Shown here: in pieces, positions 1 to 8,766 of the stretch
Position numbering within the stretch: position 1 is the first letter of the stretch
Layout: each line of letters begins with the position of its first letter
Assembly (NCBI GenBank): GCA_964401425.1
Contig: CAYNYH010000002.1
Span: forward strand, 1 to 57,596
From: an uncultured Gallionella sp.
Lineage (GTDB): Bacteria; Pseudomonadota; Gammaproteobacteria; Burkholderiales; Gallionellaceae
Direction of reading: 5' to 3'
Length of the DNA stretch: 57,596 nt
Notes under the pieces: model-generated
Databases searched by the model: none
What the model saw: only the letters and a program-made list of their open reading frames with translations
Told to the model about the DNA's origin: nothing
Position numbers and translations under genes: made by a program

Positions 1-613
1 CCGGCGCCTGGCGCAGAGTATTCTTCAGCGCGTTGTGCCAGTTCTCGGTATCCACGCCGACCTCGCGGTGGGTAATGATGCAATTGGCGTGTTCATGCAC
101 ATACTCCACCGGGTCTTCGATGGTGATGATGTGCCCGTAGCTGTTCTTGTTGCGGTGGCCGATCATCGCCGCCAGCGTGGTGGACTTGCCCGAGCCGGTG
201 CCGCCGCACAGGATCACCAGGCCGCGCTTGGTCATCACGATGTCCTTCAACACCGGCGGCAGCCCCATCTGATCGAGATCGGGAATCTTGGTGGTGATGG
301 TACGCAGCACCATGCCGACACGCTGCTGCTGCATGAAGACATTCACGCGGAAACGCCCGATGCCGGGCGGGCTGATCGCGAAGTTGCACTCGTGCGTCGC
401 CTCGAACTCGGCGGCCTGCTTGTCGTTCATGATGGCGCGCGCCAGCTCCTGGGTATGCACCGGGGTCAGCGCCTGATTGGAAACCGGCGTCATCTTGCCG
501 TCCACCTTGAATGCCGGCGGGAAGCCGCTCGTGACGAACAGGTCGGAGGCCTTCTTGCTGATCATGCCGCGCAACAAATTGTGGATTAGCTCGGTGGCCT
601 GGTCTCTTTCCAT
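1..613 (-). CDS. pilU: Type IV pilus retraction ATPase PilU (3' part outside the window)
   Basis: Manual translation from ATG 613: MERDQATELIHNLLRGMISKKASDLFVTSGFPP...GGTGSGKSTT...TIEDPVEY; directly downstream of pilT. Confidence 0.93.
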   Translation of the reverse strand, partial: MERDQATELIHNLLRGMISKKASDLFVTSGFPPAFKVDGKMTPVSNQALTPVHTQELARAIMNDKQAAEFEATHECNFAISPPGIGRFRVNVFMQQQRVGMVLRTITTKIPDLDQMGLPPVLKDIVMTKRGLVILCGGTGSGKSTTLAAMIGHRNKNSYGHIITIEDPVEYVHEHANCIITHREVGVDTENWHNALKNTLRQAP

Positions 614-636
614 TTTTTACTCCTGAGTGATGCGGC

Positions 637-1680
637 CTAGCCGGGGAACAGATCCTTGTTCATCGCCTTGCTGCGCGCTTCGGCGGCACTGACGATGTTG
701 TTTTTGACCAGCGTGGTCAGGCACTGATCGAGGGTCTGCATGCCGAGGTTCTGGCCGGTCTGGATCGCGGAATACATCTGCGGCACCTTGGCCTCGCGGA
801 TCAGGTTGCGGATCGCCGGAGTACAGACCATGATCTCGTGCGCGGCAACCCGGCCCGTGCCGTCCTTGGTCTTGAGCAGCGCCTGCGAGATCACCGCGCG
901 CAGCGATTCCGACAGCATCGCGCGCACCATTTCTTTTTCGTCGGCGGGGAACACGTCGATGATACGGTCGATGGTCTTGGCCGCCGAGCTGGTGTGCAGC
1001 GTGCCGAACACCAGGTGGCCGGTTTCCGCCGCCGACATCGCGAGGCGGATGGTTTCCAGGTCGCGCATTTCGCCGACCAGGATGATGTCCGGGTCTTCGC
1101 GCAGCGCCGAGCGCAGGGCGTTCTGGAAGGACAGCGTGTCGCGCCCGACCTCGCGCTGGTTGATCAGGCATTTTTTGCTCTCGTGCACGAACTCGATCGG
1201 GTCCTCCACCGTCAGGATGTGCCCCAGTTCGTGCTCGTTGCGGTGGTTGATCATCGCCGCCAGCGTGGTGGATTTGCCGGAGCCGGTCGGGCCGGTGACC
1301 AGCACCATGCCGCGCGGATAGTCCGAGATGGTCTCGAAACTCTTCGGCGCCTTGAGGTCTTCCAGCGACAGTATCTTGGAGGGAATGGTACGCATCACCG
1401 CGCCCGCGCCGCGATTCTGGATGAAGGCATTCACGCGGAAACGCGCCAGTCCCGGCACCTCGAAGGAGAAGTCGACCTCCTTGTTCTCCTCGTAGAACTT
1501 GCGCTGCTGGTCGTTCATGATGTCGTACACCAGCGCATGCACTTCCTTGTGCTCCATCGCGGGCAGGTTGATGCGGCGCATGTCGCCATGCACGCGGATC
1601 ATCGGCGGCAGGCCGGCGGAGAGATGCAGGTCGGAGGCTTTGTTCTTGACGCCGAAGGCAAGCAGTTCGGTGATATCCAT
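637..1680 (-). CDS. pilT: Type IV pilus retraction ATPase PilT
   Basis: ASDLHL, GPTGSGKSTT, LREDPD and AIRNLIRE motifs. Confidence 0.97.
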   Translation of the reverse strand: MDITELLAFGVKNKASDLHLSAGLPPMIRVHGDMRRINLPAMEHKEVHALVYDIMNDQQRKFYEENKEVDFSFEVPGLARFRVNAFIQNRGAGAVMRTIPSKILSLEDLKAPKSFETISDYPRGMVLVTGPTGSGKSTTLAAMINHRNEHELGHILTVEDPIEFVHESKKCLINQREVGRDTLSFQNALRSALREDPDIILVGEMRDLETIRLAMSAAETGHLVFGTLHTSSAAKTIDRIIDVFPADEKEMVRAMLSESLRAVISQALLKTKDGTGRVAAHEIMVCTPAIRNLIREAKVPQMYSAIQTGQNLGMQTLDQCLTTLVKNNIVSAAEARSKAMNKDLFPG

Positions 1681-1769
1681 TATAATCTTCCCTGTTTTGC
1701 CGGTTTTAATCCGGTTTAATTGAAACGGCCGCAGGCCGCGTGAAAAAAGGACAGGCAGCGCTCGGGATT

Positions 1770-2459
1770 ATGACAACAATCGCTTCCAACTTGCAAGCCG
1801 TGCGCGCCGCGATGGACGCTGCCGCCGCCAAGGCGGGGCGCGTTGCGAACGGCGTGGTCCTGCTGGCGGTCAGCAAGACCTTCCCGCCCGGGGCGCTGCG
1901 CGAGGCCTATGAGGCAGGGCAGACCCGCTTCGCCGAAAGCTACGTGCAGGAGGCGCAGGACAAGATCGCCGCGCTGCGCGATCTGCCGATCGAATGGCAC
2001 TTCATCGGGCCGATCCAGAGCAACAAGACGCGCACCATCGCGGAACACTTTGCCTGGGTGCATAGCGTGGACCGGCTGAAGATTGCCGAACGGCTCTCGG
2101 CGCAGCGCCCCGCGCCGCTGCCGCCGTTGCAGGTGTGCCTGCAGGTAAATATCAGCGGCGAAGCCAGCAAGAGCGGCGTGACGCCCGGGGAAATTGCGCA
2201 ACTGGCAAAGGCGATCACACACCTGCCGCATCTCAGGCTGCGCGGGCTGATGTCCATCCCCGAGCCCAGCGACGAGGTTGCCGCGCAGCGCGAGGCATTC
2301 GCGCAGCTGCGCGAACTGCTCGAACAACTGAACCGGCAGGGCCTGCAACTCGATACCCTGTCGATGGGCATGTCGCAGGACTTTGCCGCGGCCATCGCGG
2401 AAGGGGCGACCATGGTGCGCGTCGGCTCGGCAATCTTCGGCAGCCGGAATTATCGTTAA
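1770..2459 (+). CDS. yggS: PLP homeostasis protein YggS/PipY
   Basis: LLAVSK, WHFIGPIQSNK, LSMGMS, MVRVGSAIFG; pilT-yggS-proC synteny; start taken at ATG 1770. Confidence 0.95.
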   Translation: MTTIASNLQAVRAAMDAAAAKAGRVANGVVLLAVSKTFPPGALREAYEAGQTRFAESYVQEAQDKIAALRDLPIEWHFIGPIQSNKTRTIAEHFAWVHSVDRLKIAERLSAQRPAPLPPLQVCLQVNISGEASKSGVTPGEIAQLAKAITHLPHLRLRGLMSIPEPSDEVAAQREAFAQLRELLEQLNRQGLQLDTLSMGMSQDFAAAIAEGATMVRVGSAIFGSRNYR

Positions 2460-2470
2460 AACCAAAGTCG

Positions 2471-2603
2471 AACCACGAAGGCCACGAAGAACGCGAAGAA
2501 AAACCATGCGCTGCACAAAAAAATGAAGGCCACTTTGCGAGCAAACATCCAATATCATTCAATCCCATGAAAACTTCGTGATCTTCGTGTTCTTCGTGGT
2601 GAA
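2471..2603. repeat. Intergenic element with inverted arms made of three 9-nt repeats (CACGAAGnn)
   Basis: AACCACGAAGGCCACGAAGAACGCGAAG ... CTTCGTGATCTTCGTGTTCTTCGTGGT. Confidence 0.85.
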
Positions 2604-2636
2604 CTGAGGTTTTCTGGGTTATCGAAAGGAATCGTA

Positions 2637-3461
2637 ATGAACATTTGCTTCATCGGCGGCGGCAACATGGCGACTGCGCTCATCGGCGGCCTGCTCGGCA
2701 AGGGATTTTTCACCGAGCAGCTCTGCGTGGTGGAAGTCAACGCGGAGAGCCGCGCGCGGCTGCAGCGCGACTTCGCCGTGCAGTCCGTAGACAATCTCGT
2801 CGAGGGCCTGGACGGCAGCCAGGTCGTCGTACTCGCGGTGAAGCCGCAGCAGTTGCGCGAGGTGGCTCAGCAGCTTGCCCCGCTGATCAAGGGGCAACTG
2901 CTGATCTCGATTGCCGCAGGTATCCGCGCCGGCGACATCGCGCGCTGGGCGAACTGCCCGAAGGTGGTGCGGGCCATGCCCAATACCCCGGCGCTGATCC
3001 GCAGCGGCATGACCGGGCTGTATGCCTTGCCCGCGGTAGGCACCGTGCAATGCGGGCAGGCACAGGACATCCTGGAGGCGGTGGGCGAAACGCTGTGGCT
3101 GCAGGACGAGGCGATGCTGGATGCCGTCACCGCGATTTCCGGCAGCGGCCCGGCCTATGTGTTCTACTTCATCGAGGCGCTGCAACAGGCGGCGCGCGAA
3201 CTGGGCTTCAATGCCGAGGACGCGCGCCGCCTGAGCCTGGCAACCTTCCTCGGCGCGAGCAAGCTGGCCGCCGGCAGCGACGAGGATGCGAGCGTGCTGC
3301 GCGCGCGCGTCACCTCGAAGAACGGCACCACCGAGCGCGCCCTCTTGAGCATGGCCGCCAACCGGGTCGCCGAACATATCGCGCAGGCCGCCCATGCCGC
3401 CGCCGCGCGCGCCAGAGAGATGGGCGACGAACTCGGCGACAAGCCGATGGAAAATAAATAA
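2637..3461 (+). CDS. proC: Pyrroline-5-carboxylate reductase
   Basis: FIGGGNMA, LAVKPQ, RAMPNTP, SGSGPAY. Confidence 0.97.
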   Translation: MNICFIGGGNMATALIGGLLGKGFFTEQLCVVEVNAESRARLQRDFAVQSVDNLVEGLDGSQVVVLAVKPQQLREVAQQLAPLIKGQLLISIAAGIRAGDIARWANCPKVVRAMPNTPALIRSGMTGLYALPAVGTVQCGQAQDILEAVGETLWLQDEAMLDAVTAISGSGPAYVFYFIEALQQAARELGFNAEDARRLSLATFLGASKLAAGSDEDASVLRARVTSKNGTTERALLSMAANRVAEHIAQAAHAAAARAREMGDELGDKPMENK

Positions 3462-3472
3462 CCCTGAAAAAC

Positions 3473-3707
3473 TTCACCACGAAGAACACGAAGTGCACGA
3501 AGATATTTCATGGAAGCGAAAACACTGAACCAATCCGTTCGCCCTGAGCCTGTCGAAGGGCGGGTTTTGCAGCCCATCGATTTGGGGTCGCCTCCCATTC
3601 ATGGTTCGACAGGCTCACCACGAACGGAAGGCTTATTCAGCGCCTCTTTAAATACTCGCAAGCACCTCTGATTTGGGGTAACGCTTTCTTCGTGCCTTCG
3701 TGGTTCA
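3473..3707. repeat. Composite repeat: 9-nt-repeat inverted arms enclosing a second palindromic element (3535-3627)
   Basis: Outer CACCACGAAGAACACGAAGTGCACGAAG...CTTCGTGCCTTCGTGGT; inner CCGTTCGCCCTGAGCCTGTCGAAGGG...TTCGACAGGCTCACCACGAACGG. Confidence 0.85.
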
Positions 3708-3724
3708 AATAAGGAATTGAAATA

Positions 3725-4291
3725 ATGCTTAACGAAGCCCTGCTGTTCCTGCTCGACATGCTGCTGCAGCCGTTCGCGGCGATCCTGCTGTTCCGCTTTC
3801 ATGCCGTATGGCTGCGCGCGCCGATGCGCAACCCCATCGGCGAATTCGTCATGGCGCTGACCGACTTCATGGTGCTGCGCGCGCGACGCTTCATCCCCGC
3901 GGTGCGCGGGCTGGACAGCGCGACGCTGCTGCTCGCGCTGCTGGCCGAGATGCTCTACCTGGCCGCGGCCCTGTGGGCGCAAGGCTACGCCTTCCACGGC
4001 TTTCCGCTGCCGGGGCTGCTGGTCCTGGCCATGGTCAAGCTGCTCAAGATCAGCCTCTACCTGCTGATGGCGGCCGTATTTGCGCAGGCGATCCTGTCCT
4101 GGGTGAATCCCCACACGCCGGTCACACCGCTGCTCTCAGCCGTCACCTACCGCTTCCTCCAGCCCCTGCGCCGCATCGTGCCGATGCTGGGCAGCGTGGA
4201 TTTGTCGCCGCTGCTGCTGTTCATCGTCTGCCAGCTTATCGTGATCGTGCCGATCGGCGCGCTGGAACGCCTCGCGGCGGGAATGCTGTAA
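3725..4291 (+). CDS. yggT: YggT family membrane protein
   Basis: Two hydrophobic YGGT-like repeats (NPIGEF...; SWVNP...PLRRIVP..DLSP); follows proC. Confidence 0.92.
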   Translation: MLNEALLFLLDMLLQPFAAILLFRFHAVWLRAPMRNPIGEFVMALTDFMVLRARRFIPAVRGLDSATLLLALLAEMLYLAAALWAQGYAFHGFPLPGLLVLAMVKLLKISLYLLMAAVFAQAILSWVNPHTPVTPLLSAVTYRFLQPLRRIVPMLGSVDLSPLLLFIVCQLIVIVPIGALERLAAGML

Positions 4292-4588
4292 ATGGCCGCG
4301 TGGTATCGCCGCAGCGGGGAAGTCATCACCCTGACCCTGCATGTCCAGCCCGGCGCGAAGCGCAGCGAGATCGCCGGGTTGCACGGCGAAGCGCTCAAGC
4401 TGCGCCTCGCCGCACCGCCCATCGAGGGGCGAGCCAACGAGGCCCTGCTGAAATTCATTGCGGAACTGTTCGGCGTGCCGCTGCGCCAGGTGGAGCTCAG
4501 GCAGGGTGGGCAATCGCGCCACAAGGTGGTAGCGGTCACCGGCAGCAAAATCGACCCGGAAAGCTTGCTGAAGCCGTCAGCCCAGTAA
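4292..4588 (+). CDS. yggU: DUF167/YggU family protein
   Basis: VQPGAKR...LAAPPIEGRANEAL...SRHK. Confidence 0.92.
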   Translation: MAAWYRRSGEVITLTLHVQPGAKRSEIAGLHGEALKLRLAAPPIEGRANEALLKFIAELFGVPLRQVELRQGGQSRHKVVAVTGSKIDPESLLKPSAQ

Positions 4589-4601
4589 AAAAACAACCCT
4601 T

Positions 4602-4728
4602 AATCCGCAGATGACACAGATTACGCGAGATTAAACAAAAAAAGGCTGTCGAGTGAACATGATAAATTTGTATGGCCAGCAGTATCCGTCCTGAAAAATC
4701 TGCGTGAATCTGCGTAATCTGCGGATAA
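4602..4728. repeat. 9-nt-repeat inverted-arm element (CGCAGAT variant)
   Basis: ATCCGCAGATGACACAGATTACGCGAGAT ... ATCTGCGTGAATCTGCGTAATCTGCGGAT. Confidence 0.8.
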
Positions 4729-4743
4729 CAGCTTTTTTTCGAA

Positions 4744-5058
4744 TTAAATCTTCAGGCGCTCGACAACCCGCCCGTGCCGGAGATGCTCCTCGATGATCTC
4801 GTCGAGGTCTTTCTCGTCCAGATAGGTGTACCAGGTGCCCTCCGGATACACCACGATGACCGGCCCCTCGTCGCAGCGGTTCATGCAGCCGGCGGTGTTG
4901 ATGCGGATGTTGTTCCTGAGGGTGGAGATGCCGAGTTCGGCAACCTTGTTCTTCATGTACTCGCGCGCCTTTGGCGCGCCGCGCTTGCCGCAGCAGTCGC
5001 CGCCGTCCGCGCGCTGGTTGGTGCAGAAAAAAACATGCTTGTCGTAAAAACCCATCAT
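4744..5058 (-). CDS. Thioredoxin-like [2Fe-2S] ferredoxin
   Basis: HVFFCTNQR...CC...AGCMNRCDEGPVIVVYPEGTWY. Confidence 0.9.
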   Translation of the reverse strand: MMGFYDKHVFFCTNQRADGGDCCGKRGAPKAREYMKNKVAELGISTLRNNIRINTAGCMNRCDEGPVIVVYPEGTWYTYLDEKDLDEIIEEHLRHGRVVERLKI

Positions 5059-5122
5059 GTGCTCCGTAGATTGAAACCATCACATTATGCAGCAGGCTAC
5101 AGCCCGCCACTGCCGCGCGCAA

Positions 5123-6193
5123 TTATACTTTCCTGATGCGCCACAGGTGAAACAGCAGCAGCAGCGGAAAGACCAGCGCGATGGTCTGCGCCAGCCCGTT
5201 GTAGTTGAGCAGGTGCCCATAATGCCAGTGATACACCGACATCGCGGCGGCGGGCGTATTGTCGCCGAATACGAAATTCACCACAGCGAAATAGGCCAGC
5301 GCCACCGCGGCGCCGCAGGCGATCGCCGCGCCGCGCGGCAGCGACAGCGCGGCGAACAGCAGCGCCATGCCGAACAGCATCCCCAGCACCGCCTCGCTGT
5401 TGATCCACAGCAGCAGCGCCCAGGACTTCAGCAGCGCCGCCGCCGCGACGAATTTCGCCAGCGCCACCACGCCCAGTATCACCGGCAGCGCCACGGCGGC
5501 ATTGCGCGGCGCGCGCAACAGGGTCAGCAGCAGCGTGCCCAGCATCAGCAGATTCAACGTGACGGCGCCGCTCTCCCACCAGTCGAACGGGGCAGAGGAC
5601 AGCGCGGCAAACGGCTGGCGCGCCACCTCGCTGATGAACACGTTGCCCAGCATCGGCAGGGACGGATTGATCTGTCCGAACATCCACAGCGCGAGCAGCG
5701 CGAGGCCGAAGTCCATCTCCCGGCCCTGATGGAACAGGTCGCTGCGCCAGCGCGTCAGGCGGCCGAACAGCCAGTCCCACGAGGCCACGCGCACCGCCAG
5801 CAGCGCGCCGGCCAGCGCGCCCGCGCCGTTGGCGAGCAAATCCATGTTCGAGCTGATGCGCGTCGGCAAATACATCTGCAAATACTCCATGCTTGCCGAG
5901 AGCACGACGCCGAGGCACAGGCCGAGGGCCACGCTGGCCGCGGCGCCGAAGCGCGCATGCAGCGCCAGCCCGGCCAGCAGGCCGAACGGCAGGTAGGACA
6001 GCAGATTGACGGCCGCATCGAAGGCGGTATAGGTGAGCCGCAGGGGCGCGGCCAGCACCTCGAAGAAATCCAGCCCCTGCTCGCGCCAGCCGGTAAAGGG
6101 CGACAGGCTGGCGTACACGATGAACAGCGCATAGCCGATGGCCAGCCAGGTGCGCAGCCGCGCGCGGGGTTCGATGAAGAACAGTTCCTTCAT
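5123..6193 (-). CDS. VanZ-family multi-pass membrane protein
   Basis: YASLSPF, NLLSYLPFG, EYLQMYLPTRISSNMDLLAN; many TM segments. Confidence 0.85.
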   Translation of the reverse strand: MKELFFIEPRARLRTWLAIGYALFIVYASLSPFTGWREQGLDFFEVLAAPLRLTYTAFDAAVNLLSYLPFGLLAGLALHARFGAAASVALGLCLGVVLSASMEYLQMYLPTRISSNMDLLANGAGALAGALLAVRVASWDWLFGRLTRWRSDLFHQGREMDFGLALLALWMFGQINPSLPMLGNVFISEVARQPFAALSSAPFDWWESGAVTLNLLMLGTLLLTLLRAPRNAAVALPVILGVVALAKFVAAAALLKSWALLLWINSEAVLGMLFGMALLFAALSLPRGAAIACGAAVALAYFAVVNFVFGDNTPAAAMSVYHWHYGHLLNYNGLAQTIALVFPLLLLFHLWRIRKV

Positions 6194-6201
6194 TCGCAGA
6201 A

Positions 6202-7197
6202 TTACCGATCCAGCGGACTGACCACGCCCTTGCCGCCCTTGTTCAGCACATGGGTGTAGATCATCGTGGTGGAAACATCCGAATGGCCGAGCAGCTCCTG
6301 CACGGTGCGGATGTCGTAGCCGCCTTCCAGCAGATGCGTGGCGAAGGAATGCCGCAAACTGTGTGTCGTTGCCGGCTTGGCAATGCGTGCATTCGACACG
6401 GCCAGCTTGATCGCGCGTTGCAGGGCCTGCTCATGGGCATGGTGACGGCGCTCGATGCCAGTGCGAGGATCGGTTGAAAGCGAGCGTGATGGGAAGACCC
6501 AGAACCACGGCCACGACTTACCGCCATCCGGATATTTTTTCTCCAACGCTTGCGGCATGAACACTCCCACCCGTCCAGCAGCCCTGTCCTGCTCCCACAG
6601 CCCGCGCACCCGCTCAAGATGTGCCTGCAAATCCGCGCATAGCGCGTCGGGCAACATGGTCACACGATCCTTGTTGCCTTTTCCCTCCCGCACCAGAATC
6701 TCGTGCCGCTCGAAATCTACATCTTTCACGCGCAGGCGAATGCACTCCATCAGGCGCATCCCGCTCCCGTATAAAAGACGAGCCATCAGCGCGTGCGTCC
6801 CCTCAAGCTGGGCCAGCACCTTCTTCACTTCGGCAACAGTCAATACCACAGGCAGCCGCTTGGGCTTCTTGGGGCGGGACAGATTTTCCAGCCAGGGTAA
6901 GTCGATCCCCAGCACCTCCTTGTACAGGAACAACAACGCCGAAAGTGCTTGTTGATGTGTGGAAGCCGAAACCTTCCCCTCGTTCGACAAATACGACAGA
7001 TACGCCTCGACCTCGCGAGCCCCCATCGTATTGGGATGGCGCTTGCCATGGAACAGAATGAACCGCTTCACCCACTGCACATAGGAATGCTCGGTACGAA
7101 GGCTGTAATGCTTATAACGGATGCGGTCGCGCACCTGATCCAGCAGCTTCACCGGAGGCTGCGAGGGAATGCCGTCTTTCACAGAATCCATCGCCAT
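6202..7197 (-). CDS. intI: Integron integrase (tyrosine recombinase)
   Basis: [33 protein letters not shown], plus the integron-specific insertion ([10 protein letters not shown]...WFWVFPS...[11 protein letters not shown]); start probably ATG 7197 (ORF open to 7263). Confidence 0.97.
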   Translation of the reverse strand: MAMDSVKDGIPSQPPVKLLDQVRDRIRYKHYSLRTEHSYVQWVKRFILFHGKRHPNTMGAREVEAYLSYLSNEGKVSASTHQQALSALLFLYKEVLGIDLPWLENLSRPKKPKRLPVVLTVAEVKKVLAQLEGTHALMARLLYGSGMRLMECIRLRVKDVDFERHEILVREGKGNKDRVTMLPDALCADLQAHLERVRGLWEQDRAAGRVGVFMPQALEKKYPDGGKSWPWFWVFPSRSLSTDPRTGIERRHHAHEQALQRAIKLAVSNARIAKPATTHSLRHSFATHLLEGGYDIRTVQELLGHSDVSTTMIYTHVLNKGGKGVVSPLDR

Positions 7198-7250
7198 GTT
7201 AGGATGCCTCGCGCTATATAAAACAAGGAGGTAGCAAATGGTTTCCCAGA

Positions 7251-7309
7251 TTATACGGCACATGCCTCCAGCTTATACGGCGATTTTGCCATCTACTTTA
7301 CGTTAGAGC
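7251..7309 (+). other. Probable attI site
   Basis: GTTAGAGC at 7302-7309 is the complement of GCTCTAAC (7913-7920) that ends cassette 1; direct repeat TTATACGGC at 7251 and 7273. Confidence 0.75.
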
Positions 7310-7359
7310 ATCCATACCGACGTATGGCTTTTTATATGGTGAGATGCTAGTCTTCGCCT

Positions 7360-7647
7360 ATGGCAAATACTCGTTTTGATTGGGACACCGAAAAGGATGC
7401 TGAGAATCAGCAGAAACACGGCATTTCATTTTCCCGCGCCCAGTATGCTTTCGCTGACCCACAGCGCGTAATTGCCAAGGACATCACCCACAGCCAAACC
7501 GAAGAACGATTTTATTGCTTCGGGGAGGTTGATGGCGGCGTTCTTACGGTGCGATTCACATATCGCACTTCTGTTATTCGAATTATCGGCGCTGGCTATT
7601 GGCGCAAAGGAAAGGCAATTTATGAGCGCGAAAACGCAACGAAGTGA
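7360..7647 (+). CDS. brnT: Cassette 1: BrnT family toxin
   Basis: FDWDTEKDAENQQKHGISF...HSQTEERF...LTVRFTYR...IRIIGA. Confidence 0.9.
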   Translation: MANTRFDWDTEKDAENQQKHGISFSRAQYAFADPQRVIAKDITHSQTEERFYCFGEVDGGVLTVRFTYRTSVIRIIGAGYWRKGKAIYERENATK

Positions 7648-7963
7648 AGTTTCTGAGAAGGCTAATGCTGGCGCACGCCAGCGTTATGCCGGAACTAAAA
7701 TAAAATACACGGATGAACCCCTAGGCAAGACCCAAGTAATTACCGACTTTCTTCCCTCACCGAGCGAATTAGCTTTTCGTGAGGAAGGCGTAAAAGTCAC
7801 ATTGGCTCTGAGCAAAAAAAGCATCGAGTTTTTCAAGACCGAAGCTTCGAAACATCACACCCAGTACCAACGCATGATTCGCCGACTTATCGACTCTTAT
7901 GTTGATGCCCAAGCTCTAACCCTGCGCTCAAGCGGGACGCGCCAAAAGCGGCGCACCCCTTAG
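7622..7963 (+). CDS. Cassette 1: BrnA-like/CopG-type antitoxin; carries a 22-aa repeat-derived insert and reads into attC1
   Basis: KYTDEPLG...DFLPSP...VKVTLALSKKSIEFFK..A..HHTQYQRMIRRLID; overlaps the brnT end. Confidence 0.85.
   Translation: MSAKTQRSEVSEKANAGARQRYAGTKIKYTDEPLGKTQVITDFLPSPSELAFREEGVKVTLALSKKSIEFFKTEASKHHTQYQRMIRRLIDSYVDAQALTLRSSGTRQKRRTP
7635..7700 (+). repeat. 66-nt GGCTAA-hairpin-GTTA element inside the brnT/antitoxin overlap
   Basis: GGCTAATGCTGGC-GCAC-GCCAGCGTTATGCCGGAACTAAA; near-identical core at 19402-19452 and 42751-42786. Confidence 0.8.
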
Positions 7964-7976
7964 CTCCACGTTAGGC
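7914..7976 (+). other. attC1
   Basis: CTCTAAC...imperfect palindrome...GTTAGGC. Confidence 0.92.
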
Positions 7977-8161
7977 ATTAGCAACTCTGCGCGCTCAACA
8001 AGTTTCCAGTGCAAAGTCGATCCTGCGTTTATCCAGTTTGTCGGAGCTATCCATCTATCTCCGCGCTCATTACTGCCGACAGCAGCCAAAGAACTTCCGC
8101 CGCTCTTCCAATGTAGCCGATATATTCCGCGTGCAAGTTTTTTCGTTTCAGCCTTGGTCAT
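7928..8161 (-). CDS. Cassette 2: 77-aa hypothetical protein, inverted relative to the array
   Basis: Only sizeable ORF in the cassette; GGAGG 7 nt before the ATG lies inside attC2; stop codon lies inside attC1. Confidence 0.65.
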   Translation of the reverse strand: MTKAETKKLARGIYRLHWKSGGSSLAAVGSNERGDRWIAPTNWINAGSTLHWKLVERAELLMPNVELRGAPLLARPA

Positions 8162-8220
8162 GCCTAACCCTCCATTCCAGCGGGACCGCCTTCGGCGGCC
8201 CCTGAATTATTGCGTTAGGC
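8162..8220 (+). other. attC2 (59 nt)
   Basis: GCCTAAC...GGACCGCCTTCGGCGGCCCC...GTTAGGC. Confidence 0.92.
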
Positions 8221-8235
8221 CGCACAAGGAACACC

Positions 8236-8694
8236 ATGTCTGCCCAGTCGCCCATTCAGGATCTCAATCGTTTCTGGAGCCAAACGCGCTTGCCGGTGGT
8301 CTTTCAGCGTCAGCGCCCAGCGCCACTTCTCGTCCGTCTTCCCTACGCTGCCGATAACAAAGTATGGTTGCGCGACGGCCAGAGAAACAAGCCAAGTTGG
8401 GACAAAGACCATGGTGCCTGGGAGGTTCCGCAGGCTTGGTTTGAGCGAACGATTCGGTTGTCATTCGCCCGGTATCAAGCCTGCTATGTCATCCAACTTT
8501 ATAGAGAGAAAGAAGTGTGCTCGGCCGCCTGTTGGAACGCGGTGGGAGCGGATTGCGAATGCTCCTGCATGGGTGCAAATCACGGGTCAGGCAAACCCAG
8601 CGGGCGCTGGTACGAGGTCAGCGATACGTTTGCAGTGATGTGGGGCGTACAACGTTACTCAGTCCGTCTACTCAAGGTGCCAGGTGCGGCCTAA
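8236..8694 (+). CDS. Cassette 3: hypothetical protein with a Cys/His cluster (putative Zn binding)
   Basis: AAGGA SD; CSAACWNAVGADCECSCMGANHG; stop codon in the attC3 R'' box. Confidence 0.85.
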   Translation: MSAQSPIQDLNRFWSQTRLPVVFQRQRPAPLLVRLPYAADNKVWLRDGQRNKPSWDKDHGAWEVPQAWFERTIRLSFARYQACYVIQLYREKEVCSAACWNAVGADCECSCMGANHGSGKPSGRWYEVSDTFAVMWGVQRYSVRLLKVPGAA

Positions 8695-8751
8695 CCCTAC
8701 ATTCGAGAGGGACTGCGCAAAAGCGCGCAGCCCCTCAATTCCACGTTGGGC
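8689..8751 (+). other. attC3
   Basis: GCCTAAC...GAGGGACTGCGCAAAAGCGCGCAGCCCCTC...GTTGGGC. Confidence 0.92.
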
Positions 8752-8766
8752 GTCACAGGAGCAGTG

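Noticed and set aside
2471-2603. Short tandem repeats as mini-CRISPRs
   Set aside because: Units are 9 nt, have no spacers, and are arranged as inverted arms
5123-6193. VanZ as a glycopeptide-resistance cassette
   Set aside because: Lies on the far side of intI, has no attC, and is paired with a ferredoxin gene like a core gene
7198-7300. LexA box in the intI promoter
   Set aside because: No CTGT-N8-ACAG match found
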